Below are positions 1 to 9,900 of a stretch of 64,000 bases of DNA, piece after piece. The number at the start of each line of letters is the position of its first letter. The stretch's first letter is position 1. The stretch is from positions 192,001 to 256,000 of the forward strand of contig CAWEHK010000008.1 of NCBI GenBank assembly GCA_963808625.1, given 5' to 3'. The position numbers were made by a program, and so were the translations under genes. Source of the stretch: an uncultured delta proteobacterium. Lineage in GTDB: Bacteria > Desulfobacterota > Syntrophobacteria > Syntrophobacterales > Syntrophobacteraceae. The notes below the pieces were generated by a model. That model made no database searches. It worked only from the letters and a program-made list of their open reading frames with translations, and had not been told where the DNA came from.

Positions 1-398
1 TTCTCGTCATCGTCGAAGGACACTCTCCCCCTGACCGCTTGCCCCGTTCGCACCGCTTCATCCAGTCGCGACCAGGACTCCACCAGGTGGTGGTGATGCA
101 TGATCATGAACCCGAGGTAGTGAGGCGAGTCTTTGCATAAAAAGGTCAGGCTGCCCGATGTGTTGCCATACCGGCCTTCGCTCTTGGACAAAAAATCCAT
201 GGCGGTGAGGGCATTGAGCAGCATCACCAGGGCCCTTTCGTCCACGTTCAGCTTCTTGGCGACTTCCCGTCCGCTGAGGCTCTCCTTACCAATCGCCGTA
301 AACACGTCGAGCTTCACTCCGGCATGGAGCGTGCAAACTTTCCAATAGTATCCCGACAACTCCAGGATTCGCCCGGGATTCCATTCCGGCACGTTCAT
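1..398 (-). CDS. SAM-dependent O-methyltransferase (family 2, N-terminal dimerisation domain); 3' part outside window
   Basis: Hand translation from ATG 398 (AGGAG RBS): MNVPEWNPGRILELSGYYWKVCTLHAGVKLDVFTAIG...EVAKKLNVDERALVMLLNALTAMDFL...YGNT...W.RLDEAVRTG, typical of the methyltransferase dimerisation domain. Not in the ORF track. Confidence 0.8.
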   Translation of the reverse strand, partial: MNVPEWNPGRILELSGYYWKVCTLHAGVKLDVFTAIGKESLSGREVAKKLNVDERALVMLLNALTAMDFLSKSEGRYGNTSGSLTFLCKDSPHYLGFMIMHHHHLVESWSRLDEAVRTGQAVRGRVSFDDDE

Positions 399-480
399 AA
401 ACGTTCTCCTTCCCGTCTGATGTTATTTGCCGCATTTCTCGACACCGCTTTACGCATCAGGGTTGAAATCCTTCGCCTTT

Positions 481-551
481 ACCGCACAGACGCAGCGTGC
501 GCAGAGAATTCAAGCAGGTGTTGTTCCCTGCGGTCTCTGCGTCTCTGCGGT
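481..551. repeat. REP-like imperfect palindrome (ACCGCAcAGACGCAG...CTGCGTCTCTGCGGT)
   Basis: Inverted-repeat arms visible in the intergenic sequence. Confidence 0.6.
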
Positions 552-620
552 GGGTTCCTGGTTGCCGCCCACGGCCCCGGTGCGGTGTTCACAACCCTTG
601 GTCCTGATGGTTAAACTTCC

Positions 621-1085
621 TTATTCAGGCTTTCCGGAAACCTTGGCGGTCATAGATTCCACCTCAATCTCGATCACCGCAACGAGATCGAACGACGCTT
701 CGGGAACATCGAAGGGATCAGGGGAATAGTGTCGGAAAACTATCTCCAGTCCCTTTCTCTTTTCTTCGATACCTTCCACGAAATAAGCCTTACCATAGCC
801 GATCACGGATTCATATCTCGTACTCCATCTACACGGGCTCGCTCCTTTGATCAACCCGAAATCGGCTTCCAGTTCAAAACAAATCCGATTGTTCTTCCTT
901 ATCAGATCAATCTTCTTGCCCTCGCACGCGGAGTGAACATAGAATTTCCCGTGACGATATCCAAAATGGACCGGCACCAGGTAGGGGAATGGCTCGTCAA
1001 ACAGCGCAAGCCTTAATATGGAAGCCCTGCCAATGATGCTTTCGATCCGCTCCGGATCATTCTCCTGCTTGTCTTTTCTTCGCAA
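621..1085 (-). CDS. Pyridoxamine 5'-phosphate oxidase / NimA-like flavin-binding protein
   Basis: (M)RRKDK...PYLVPVHFGY...YVHSA.EGKKIDLIRKNNRICFE...CRWSTRYESVIGYG; TTG start after AGGAGG. Confidence 0.85.
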   Translation of the reverse strand: MRRKDKQENDPERIESIIGRASILRLALFDEPFPYLVPVHFGYRHGKFYVHSACEGKKIDLIRKNNRICFELEADFGLIKGASPCRWSTRYESVIGYGKAYFVEGIEEKRKGLEIVFRHYSPDPFDVPEASFDLVAVIEIEVESMTAKVSGKPE

Positions 1086-1299
1086 TGGCGCAACCCTCCT
1101 TGATGGGGATAAGAAAACCGGCGGGAAACCATCTCCGCCAACCGTGAGCAACCTTTAATGATGATTATAACGGATCATAGTGTATCCGGTTTCCTTAAGG
1201 AATAGGGAATCACGCAGAGGGCCCTCATGGGCCAGGAAAACGACTTCTTTGCGTAGTTAAATGTTTGAACTGCGGTCATCATATCACTGTATTTTTTTC

Positions 1300-1330
1300 T
1301 TGACATACCACGTCTACTCTGCGTAATAAT
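1300..1330 (+). promoter_or_regulatory. Putative sigma-70 promoter of duplicated gene copy 1
   Basis: TTGACA (1300-1305), then TAATAAT 18 bp later; TTGACA is also present at the equivalent place in copy 2 (2787). Confidence 0.45.
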
Positions 1331-1583
1331 GCCTCTAAAGGTGCGAATGCTGGTTTTCAACCTATCAACTTTTCTTTTAACCCGACTCTGTGCCGTGACG
1401 AATCGAGTGCTCGATTCCAAGCGCAGGGGAGGATGTTTGTGGCGAGGGTATTCTTTGGTGGTTCGGGTTTTAACGGTCTTGGGAGGTTTGGTAAGGCCAG
1501 CATCGAGATGACGTATGCTGGTAAGCTGATTGTGCAGTATTCGAGGGTTTCTTAAATTTCCTTAAAAAAGCGAGGAGGAAAGA

Positions 1584-2638
1584 ATGCTAAGAAAAGCGAC
1601 ATTTTTTGCATTGGCGGTTGTTTTGGTGCTTGGCATGGTGACCATGGCCTCAGCAGCGCAGAATGTGGCCAACACCAGCCAAAAGGGAAGCTTGTTGATT
1701 TTCCCCAAGATCTGGGTTGACGGGGAAGTTGACACTTACATTACCATCGGCAATGACTACTTCGAAGAAGTATGGGTAAAGTGTTATTGGGTGGATTGGG
1801 ATCAGAACATTGAAGATTTCATGTTTCGGCTGACCCCGAACCAGCCCATTATTTTCAGTGCTTATTTCGGGTCTGACCTGCAGGGCTTCGTCACCGTTCC
1901 GCCATTTCTTGGCGGCCGCGGTGAACTGAAATGCTGGGCGGTCAACGCCGCCGGCGATCAGCAGATTTCCTTCAATCACCTCTATGGAAATGCGATTATC
2001 GCCCAGGAAGATGCCGGCGTAGTCTACAACGCCTGGTCCTTTACGGCTCGTGCGCCCCTCAAAGCCGTCATGGGGACCGGCGGGACGCTTTTACTCACCG
2101 GTGCTGCCGGTGGCTATGATGCTTGTCCCAGCTACCTGGTTACGAACTTCGTCCCGGCGTATGCCCCGGATCCATGGCGGCAGGGCGTAGTTCCGGACCT
2201 GACCCTGGTCCCCTGCAAGCAGGATTTGCGCCAGGATCGGGTTCCAACCTGTACGAAAGCTAAGTTCGATGTCTGGAACGAGAACGAAACCAAGTTCACC
2301 GGCGCTTACGCGTGTCTGAAGTGCTGGGCCGAGTTTTACCTGGATAGATTGGCCCGCCTTGGGGCTTCGGCGGAGACAAATTCACGATGTTCACGCTGAA
2401 GACCTTTGCCGCCCGCTTCCGCGTCCAGAGCGCCAATAACTCCGCGTGTAAGGCTGCCTTCCCGGCATGCGCGTCGATTCCTGGCGTCCTGACTCCCTTT
2501 GTCGGCCTGATGCTGTACGTTGATTACGAAAGCGGGCTGCCTTGGGCCGGGTACGAACCGTTCACAGCCGGCGCTGATGGGACCGGGTTTGTTCTTTGGG
2601 ATGCTCAGTATCTTCCTCAGGAAGCCCCCAGCAAGTAA
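1584..2638 (+). CDS. Secreted Cys-rich protein of unknown function, copy 1 (one-base frameshift ~2345)
   Basis: Signal peptide MLRKATFFALAVVLVLGMVTMASA; ORFs 1584-2399 and 2387-2638 join into ~350 aa; near-identical to copy 2. Confidence 0.8.
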
Positions 2639-2663
2639 ACTGTTTCGCCTCTCAAGACCAAAA

Positions 2664-2703
2664 GGGATGGGGAACGAAGGATGCTTTCGTTCCCCATCTT
2701 TTT
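2664..2703 (+). terminator. Intrinsic terminator
   Basis: GATGGGGAACGAAGG-ATG-CTTTCGTTCCCCATC followed by TTTTT. Confidence 0.85.
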
Positions 2704-3071
2704 GCTGTCCCAACCAGTCGCCAAAATCTCCGGCCCCCCTTCCTCGATCGTTTTGGTTGTTTGATAGCCTCTGGTGACTTTTCCCGTTGACATCCACGCT
2801 TATTTGTGTGTTAGTAATGCCCCAGTATGTCCGAGTGGTGGCTTTCAACTTATCAACCTTTCTTTTGACCCGACTCTGTGCCGTGACGAATCGAGTGCTC
2901 GATTCCAAGCGCAGGGAAGGATGTTTGTGGCGAGGGTGTTCTTGGGTGGTTCGGGTTTTGACGGTCTTGGGAGGTTTGGTAAGGCCGGCATCGAGATGAC
3001 GTATGCTGGTGAGCTGATTGTGCATTATTTGAGGGTTTCTTAGATTTCCTTTAAAAAGTGAGGAGGAAAGC

Positions 3072-4128
3072 ATGGTAAGAAAAGCGACATTTCTTGCATT
3101 GGCGGTTGTTTTGGTGCTTGGCATGGTGACCATGGCCTCAGCAGCGCAGAATGTGGCCAACACCAGCCAGAAGGGAAGCTTGTTGATTTTCCCCAAGATC
3201 TGGGTTGACGGGAGAGTTGACACTTACATTACCATCGGCAATGACTACTTCGAAGAAGTATGGGTAAAGTGTTATTGGGTGGATTGGGACCAGAACATTG
3301 AAGATTTCATGTTTCGGCTGACCCCGAACCAGCCCATTATTTTCAGTGCTTATTTCGGGTCTGACATGCAGGGCTTCGTCACCGTTCCGCCATTTCTTGG
3401 CGGCCGCGGTGAACTGAAATGCTGGGCGGTCAACGCCGCCGGCGATCAGCAGATTTCCTTCAATCACCTCTATGGAAATGCGATTATCGCCCAGGAAGAT
3501 GCCGGCGTAGTCTACAACGCCTGGTCCTTTACGGCTCGTGCGCCCCTCAAAGCCGTCATGGGGACCGGCGGGACGCTTTTACTCACCGGCGCTGCCGGTG
3601 GCTATGATGCTTGTCCCAGCTACCTGGTTACGAACTTCGTCCCGGCGTATGCCCCGGATCCATGGCGCCAGGGCGTAGTTCCGGATCTGACCCTGGTCCC
3701 CTGCAAGCAGGATTTGCGCCAGGATCGGGTTCCAACCTGTACGAAAGCTAAGTTCGATGTCTGGAACGAGAACGAAACCAAGTTCACCGGCGCTTACGCG
3801 TGTCTGAAGTGCTGGGCCGAGGGTTATCTCAGTGAGATTGGCCCGCCTGTATGGCTTCGGCGGAGACAAATTCACGATGTTCACGCTGAAGACCTTTGCC
3901 GCCCGCTTCCGCGTCCAGAGCGCGAACAACTCAGCGTGTAAGGCTTCGATCAAAGCATGCGCGTCGATTCCTGGCGTCCTGACTCCCTTTGTCGGCTTGA
4001 TGCTGTACGTTGATTACTATACCGGGCTGCCTTGGGCCGGTTACGAGCCGTTCACTGCCGGCGCTGATGGGACCGGGTTTGTTCTTTGGGATGCTCAGTA
4101 TCTTCCTCAGGAAGCCCCCAGCAAGTAG
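3072..4128 (+). CDS. Secreted Cys-rich protein of unknown function, copy 2 (one-base frameshift ~3849)
   Basis: ORFs 3072-3941 and 3832-4128 join; same signal peptide and NVANTSQKGSLLIFPKI start as copy 1. Confidence 0.8.
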
Positions 4129-4157
4129 ACTGATTCAACTCTCAAGACCAAAAGAGA

Positions 4158-4196
4158 TGGGGAACGAAGGACGCCTTCGTTCCCCAGACCTTTTTC
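4158..4196 (+). terminator. Intrinsic terminator
   Basis: TGGGGAACGAAGG-ACG-CCTTCGTTCCCCA then a T-run; paralogous to 2664-2703. Confidence 0.8.
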
Positions 4197-4387
4197 TACC
4201 CCAATCAGATCTCTGTTTTTTCGTGGCTTCCTGACGATGAACGAATGCCCTTCTCGTTCTTAATGCACCCCCCCCAGGGAGATAACGGCAGACGTCTATA
4301 GAAAGACTTTGGAGCTGATGTTGAGGGCTCTTCCCAGTTTCTTGGCTGCTGCTTTACACGTAATATGGTATCAGGTCAAGATGGACC

Positions 4388-4421
4388 AAAAAAAAAGCCT
4401 TGTCCGATATGGACCAAGGCT
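4388..4421 (-). terminator. Intrinsic terminator after tRNA
   Basis: Minus strand AGCCTTGGTCC-ATATC-GGACAAGGC followed by a T9 run. Confidence 0.75.
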
Positions 4422-4438
4422 GGATTGCTATCCTGGGC

Positions 4439-4514
4439 TGGTGGAGATGATCGGGATCGAACCGACGACCTCAGCCTTGCGAAGGCTGCGCTCTCCCAAC
4501 TGAGCTACATCCCC
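4439..4514 (-). tRNA. tRNA-Ala (anticodon CGC)
   Basis: GGGGATGTAGCTCAGTTGGGAGAGCGCAGCCTT-CGC-AAGGCTGAGGTCGTCGGTTCGATCCCGATCATCTCCACCA; 76 nt cloverleaf, G3:U70 pair, encoded CCA. Confidence 0.97.
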
Positions 4515-4598
4515 ACGGGCACGCTTTATAGCGTGTTTTGGACGCGGTGTCAACGCTTCATCAGATTGACACGCGATTGCAAACCGTCGTTCCCCAAA

Positions 4599-4799
4599 TC
4601 AAGAACCGGTGGCCGGTTCACCCTTCGCCTTGCGGTAAAACTCCATCAGGAATTCTGCTTCCTTGGGCGAGAGATCAAAGCGCAAAACGGCGTCTTGAAC
4701 CAGTTTTTGAGGAGAGAAGCCGGGCTTTTCCTCCAAATTTGCCGAAATCCATTTCACAGCCTTGCGTATGGCTTCACCTTCGGGCATGACAGAGCTCAC
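4599..4799 (-). CDS. Small hypothetical protein (PEGEAIRKAVKWIS...RFDLSPKEAEFL)
   Basis: GTG start behind AAGGAG; compact helical ORF following metF. Confidence 0.65.
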   Translation of the reverse strand: MSSVMPEGEAIRKAVKWISANLEEKPGFSPQKLVQDAVLRFDLSPKEAEFLMEFYRKAKGEPATGS

Positions 4800-4953
4800 A
4801 GGTCGATACTCCTTTCGAACGATTTGCAGTTGGCGCACCAAGATCCAGCATTATCAATTTTTTCAGCCGGCATTGTACATGAACCTGGTAGAATCTCCAA
4901 GGACCTTGTTTGAAACCCGGTCGCACTTGTCAGTTACGATTACCGATGATCTC

Positions 4954-5898
4954 CTATTCCACCTTTGGACGCGGATAAAGCCCGGCACGGTCGACTATTT
5001 CCGGGACCATTTGTTCCCATTCAATGGCCATGATATGAAAGCCACTGACGCCCTTGACCTCTTTCAGTTCCTCGATCTGTTCAATACAGATATTGATGCC
5101 TTCTTCGGCCTGTTTGTCCTTCGGAACTCCGGTGAGGCGCTTGATGATCTCATCAGGAACGTCCATGCCGGGGACCCTGTTCTTCATGTACCGGGCCATA
5201 CCAACGCCTTTCATGGGCGTCAGGCCCGCCAGGATATAGACGCGCTCGTTTAGGCCGCGGTCGACCACGCCCTGCATCCACTGCTTGAATTTGGCCATAT
5301 TGTAAATACACTGGGTCTGGATAAACTGAGCCCCGGCCGCCACTTTTTTGGCAAGGCGCAGGACGCGGATCTCAAACGGGTCGGCAAAGGGATTTTCGGC
5401 AGCACCAATGAACATCTTGGGGCGTTCTTTCATGTCCACGCCGCTGAGGAGTTTGCCTTCATCGCGCATCATTTTGACCGTCTGGATGAGCTGCGTCGAA
5501 TCCAGGTCAAACACGTTGGCCGCAGTCGGGTGGTCGCCGAAGCTTTGATGGTCGCCGGTAAGGCAGAGGATATTGTCAATGCCAAACGAGGCCGCTCCCA
5601 GGATGTCACTCTGCATCCCAATGCGGTTGCGATCGCGCGTGACCATCTGGAGGACCGGTTCCAGCCCCATCTGCTTGATCCGAATACAGGCCGCTAAACT
5701 GCACAGACGCACCACGGCGGTCTGGTTGTCGGTGACATTGATGGCGTCCACATACGAACCAATGATCCCGGCCTTTTCTCCCACGACCTTCCCGTCAGCA
5801 CTTCGGGGAGGACCACACTCGGAGGTCACGGCAAGGTGCCCTGCCTGCAGAATTTTCTGGAGTTTACTCGGGGTATTCGAGGTATTGTTCGTGCTCAT
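4954..5898 (-). CDS. metF: 5,10-methylenetetrahydrofolate reductase MetF, copy 1
   Basis: TSECGPP, NVTDNQ, RDRNR, LTGDH and FIQTQ motifs; ATG 5898 overlaps the metV stop (ATGA). Confidence 0.92.
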   Translation of the reverse strand: MSTNNTSNTPSKLQKILQAGHLAVTSECGPPRSADGKVVGEKAGIIGSYVDAINVTDNQTAVVRLCSLAACIRIKQMGLEPVLQMVTRDRNRIGMQSDILGAASFGIDNILCLTGDHQSFGDHPTAANVFDLDSTQLIQTVKMMRDEGKLLSGVDMKERPKMFIGAAENPFADPFEIRVLRLAKKVAAGAQFIQTQCIYNMAKFKQWMQGVVDRGLNERVYILAGLTPMKGVGMARYMKNRVPGMDVPDEIIKRLTGVPKDKQAEEGINICIEQIEELKEVKGVSGFHIMAIEWEQMVPEIVDRAGLYPRPKVE

Positions 5899-6564
5899 AT
5901 CTGCGAAACCTCCTTGACGATCTTGCGGGGGCCCCCATCGCGGCTTGTCGACCAGTCTTTGGGGTCGGTCGGGACGCTCGAACCGATCCAGTTGACCAAG
6001 CTCCTTGAGCCGTTCGTAGATCAACTGCCAACCGCACGCAATTTCCTTGTTCACCTCGCACTTGCCATCGGCGGAGCCACCGCAGGGCCCGTTAGCCATG
6101 CGCTTGGAACACCGGGCAATGGGGCAGATACCCCCGGTGGTGGAGAGAATGCACTGGCCGCAGGCGGCACAACGCTCCGCCCACTCGCCCCGCGCTTCGG
6201 TCACGCCGATAAAGCAGGTATCCACCCCGGGGAGGATGATCTTATTTTTATAGGTCTCGGCCAGGAATTGGACGCCGGCCCCGCACGCCAGGGAAACCAC
6301 GGCATCATATTGCGCGATCTTATCGTCGAGCAGTGCCACATAGGGCCGGTCACACTGCCGCGTCAGGCTCAACTCATCCACCGTTATCTCTTTACCGAGC
6401 TGCTTGAAGACCATGCGCAGAGCCGAGGCCAGGATTTGAACTTCCTTCATCCCTCCCGCTTCACAAACGGTCACACAGCCATCACAGCCGGCGATCAGGA
6501 TCTTATTGAAATCCTTCACTTCGTTGATGATTTCTTCGATTGGTTTCGGTTTCGCCATGATCAT
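5895..6564 (-). CDS. metV: MTHFR small Fe-S/Zn subunit MetV, copy 1 (one-base frameshift ~5973)
   Basis: GCDGCVTVCEAGG, RQCD, CGAGVQ, CAACGQC, CPIARCSK...NGPCGG; the alternative frame gives the expected end DWSTSRDGGPRKIVKEVSQI*. Confidence 0.9.
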
Positions 6565-6998
6565 GCGGCTTTCTCCTTTCCGGCCCCTCCCGATTTGATG
6601 GGGCTGGGTCCTAATTCCCGTATCTTTTCGGTCATCTCTCGAATAATTTCAGCAAACCTCGGACCCATGCCGGCGGAGAGGTTATACATGGCCGCCCGTT
6701 CCGGCTCCATGCCAATGCTCTTCAAGATCTGCTGAACATGCGCCACACGCTTCTTTGCCCTGAGATTGCCACATTGGTAATGACAGTCTCCTTCCAGACA
6801 CCCTGCCACCAGAACCCCATCTGCCCCCAGCTCCAGAGCTTTAAGCAGATGAATTTCGGCGACACGCCCCGTGCAGGGTACTTTTACAATCCGCACGTTA
6901 GGCGGATAATTCAATCTCATGGAACCTGCCAGGTCCGCTGCAGAGTATGCTCAATAGGTGCAGCAAAAGGCGACAATCACCGGTTCAAACTGCTCCAT
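6561..6998 (-). CDS. mvhD: MvhD/FlpD [2Fe-2S] subunit, predicted selenoprotein (UGA codon 16 at 6951-6953)
   Basis: MEQFEPVIVAFCCTY-U-AYSAADLAGSMRLNYPPNVRIVKVPCTGRV...GCLEGDCHY; ATG coupled to the hdrA stop (TGATG). Confidence 0.9.
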
Positions 6999-9900
6999 CA
7001 CATCACTCCTTCCAGTAAGGTCTCAACCTTGATCATGATCTGATCATCCTCGTAGTGGGCCAGTTGAATCGCTCCCGCCGGGCATTCCGAAGCACACACG
7101 CCGCAACCCTGGCAGAGTGCTTCATTGATTTCCGAAACATTTTCCTCGTTGATCCGCGGCACCCCGTAGGGACAGCTCATCACGCACACCAGGCAGGCCG
7201 CGCAGTGAGCGGTATCGACGTGGGCCACCACACCACCAATGGTCTGGTCCGTGGCCGCAAGGAAGGAACCCGCCCGTGAAGCCGCCGCCAGGGCCTGCGA
7301 AATGCTTTCGCTGATCAGTTTTGGTCCATGGGCAAGCCCGCACAGGTAAATGCCCTCGGACGAGAAGTCCACCGGCCTGAGCTTGGCATGCGCCTCGATA
7401 AAGAAACCATCCGCATTGCGCGGGACCTTGAGGAAGGTGGCGAGCTCATGGGTATCGGCAGCGAGCGTTGCGGCGCTGAGAATCACGGCATCGGCCTTCA
7501 TCTTGAGGGGCCGACGGAGGACATGATCCATGAAAGTGACGTGCATCCCCTCGCCGTTGCTGCTTACCTGGGGAGGATCGGCCTGCGGGAAGCGGCAGAA
7601 GAGCACGCCCTTGTTTCGCGCCTCGGTGTAATAATCCTCGAGCAGGCCGTAGGTCCTCATATCCCGATAGAGAACAATGACTTCCATGCTGGGATTCAGT
7701 TCCTTCAGCTCGATCGCGTGCTTGACCGCGCCCTGGCAGCAGATGCGGCTGCAGTTGGGGTTCTCCTCGTTGCGGGAGCCGACACACTGGATCATGAAGA
7801 CGCGTTCCCACGCGGCGACCGCACTCTTCCGGTCACGGATGGCTTCATCCAGTTCCAATTGCGTCATAATCCCGCTGGCAGTGCCGTATTGGAACTCCTG
7901 CGGCTGGTATTCCCGTCCGCCGGTGGCGACGATGGTCACCCCGTGATCGATCTTCCGGCGGTCGCCATTGGGGCCAACCTCCACCTGCGTCACAAAGTTT
8001 CCCTTGTATCCGCTGAAGCCGACCACCCTGGCTTCCGTCAGGACCTGGATCCTGTCATGGTTCCGGACCTCGCTGACGAGCCGGCCCAGATAGTCCTGAA
8101 CATCCAAACCATCAATGGTGTGATTGATGCGACGCGCCACACCCCCGAGGTCCTGCCGCTGTTCCACCAGGACCGTTTCAAAACCCTGCCGGGCAAGGCT
8201 CAGGGCTGCGTTCAGCCCGGCAATGCCACCACCGATCACCAGGCCTCGTTGGGTGATCTCGAGCGGGCGCTCGACCAGTGGCTTCAAGAGGGCCGCCCGA
8301 GCCGCCGCCATCCGTACCAGGTCTTTCGCCTTCTCGGTGGCGTTGACGGGGTCCTTCTGATGCACCCACGAATCCTGATCGCGAATGTTGGCCATCTCGA
8401 AAAGGTACTTGTTAAGCCCGCAGGCCTTGAGGGTATCCTGAAACAGTTGTTCGTGAGTGCGCGGCGAGCAGGCCGCCACGACCACCCGGTTCAGTTTATG
8501 CTCGGCAATGACCTGCCTGATCTTTTCCTGCGTGTCCTGGGAACAGGTGAAGAGGTTGTCCCCGGTATAGACCACATTGGGCAAGGTGGCAGCATAGCCG
8601 GCGACTTCCTTGACATCCACCACCGAGCCGATATTGATGCCGCAGTTGCAGACAAAGACCCCGATGCGCGGGGCGACCTCCGCCAGGTCCAGTTCCGGCG
8701 GCAACTGGCGCACCTGCACCTGAGTGCCCCTGACTTCCGCGAGATCGATCGCCGAGGCGCACGCTGCCGCACTGGCTTCGGTCACCGAGAAGGGAATGTC
8801 CTTCGGGCCCTGGAACAAGCCGCAGGCGTAGACGCCGGGCCGGGAGGTGTTGACCGGCTCAAAGCCCCCGGTGACGGCAAAGTTGTACCGGTCGAGCTCG
8901 ATATCCAATTTCTTCGCCAGCTCTGCCGTGTCCTTCCCTACCTCCATCCCCACCGACAGCACGATCATATCGAACTGCTCTTCCACAATGCTGCCATCTT
9001 CGGTCACGTAGGAAATCGCGAGGCCGCCCTCGGCCCCGGGATCGATGGTATGGATCCGCGAGCGAACGAAGCGAACGCCGTATTCATCCTTGGCGCGATT
9101 GTAATATTTTTCGAAATCCTTGCCGTAGGTCCGCATGTCCATGAAAAAGATGGTCGCATTGAGCGGTTCGGCACTGTGTTCCTTGGCAACAATGGCCTCT
9201 TTCACCGCGTACATGCAGCAGACCCCGGAACAATAGCCATTGTCGCAGTGATTGGTATTTCTCGAACCCACACACTGGAGCCAGGCAATGCTCTTCGGTT
9301 CTTTGCTGTCAAGCGGCCTCATCAGGTGTCCCATGTACGGGCCGGAGGCGCTGAGGATGCGTTCGAACTCGAGGCTGGTCACGACGTTGGGATGTTTGCC
9401 ATAGAGGTAAGTATCCATGGCGGATGGCTCGTAAGTTTTCGCACCCGGCGCCAGGATCACGGAACCCACTTCGATGACGCGGGTAACCGGCTGCTGCTCG
9501 TGAACGACAGCGTTTGCAGGACATGCCGTAACACACTGGTAGCACTCCGAGCAAATCCCGCAGGCCAGGCACCGCGCCGCTTCCGTCAGCACCTGCTCTT
9601 CGCTGAAGCCCTGCTGCACTTCATCGAAGCTTTTCAGGCGCGCTTCGGGATCGAGCCGCGGCATCAGCTCGCGCGGAATCCGGTCGTAGCCCTCCGTGCG
9701 CACCTCTTCGACCGCCGCCAATCCTTTTGGCGGCCTTCTCTGAGGTCCAGACCCTGAATGAGACGGTCGATGGAGATGGCCGCCTGTTTGCCGGCCGCGA
9801 TGGCCTCGATGACGGTTTTCGGCCCGGTTACCGCGTCCCCGCCGGCGAAAATATCCGGATCATCGGTTTGCAAGGTCAGGGGATCCACACGCACCGTCCC

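Noticed and set aside
2334..3855. Programmed frameshift at the same site in both duplicated genes
   Set aside because: The shifts are in opposite directions (one base missing in copy 1, one extra in copy 2), lack a slippery sequence and fall in the patch where the copies differ, as expected from consensus error.
4439..4514. tRNA-Ala as an island integration site
   Set aside because: No integrase and no duplicated tRNA 3' end were seen in the window.
4954..6564. Apparent 536-aa MetV-MetF fusion in the ORF track
   Set aside because: One extra base near 5973 explains it; the other frame restores the MetV C-terminus and the ATGA overlap exactly as in operon 2.
7328..9757. Long plus-strand ORFs opposite hdrA and similar shadows (17472, 35464, 57115)
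   Set aside because: These are antisense shadows of GC-rich coding genes with no recognisable motifs.
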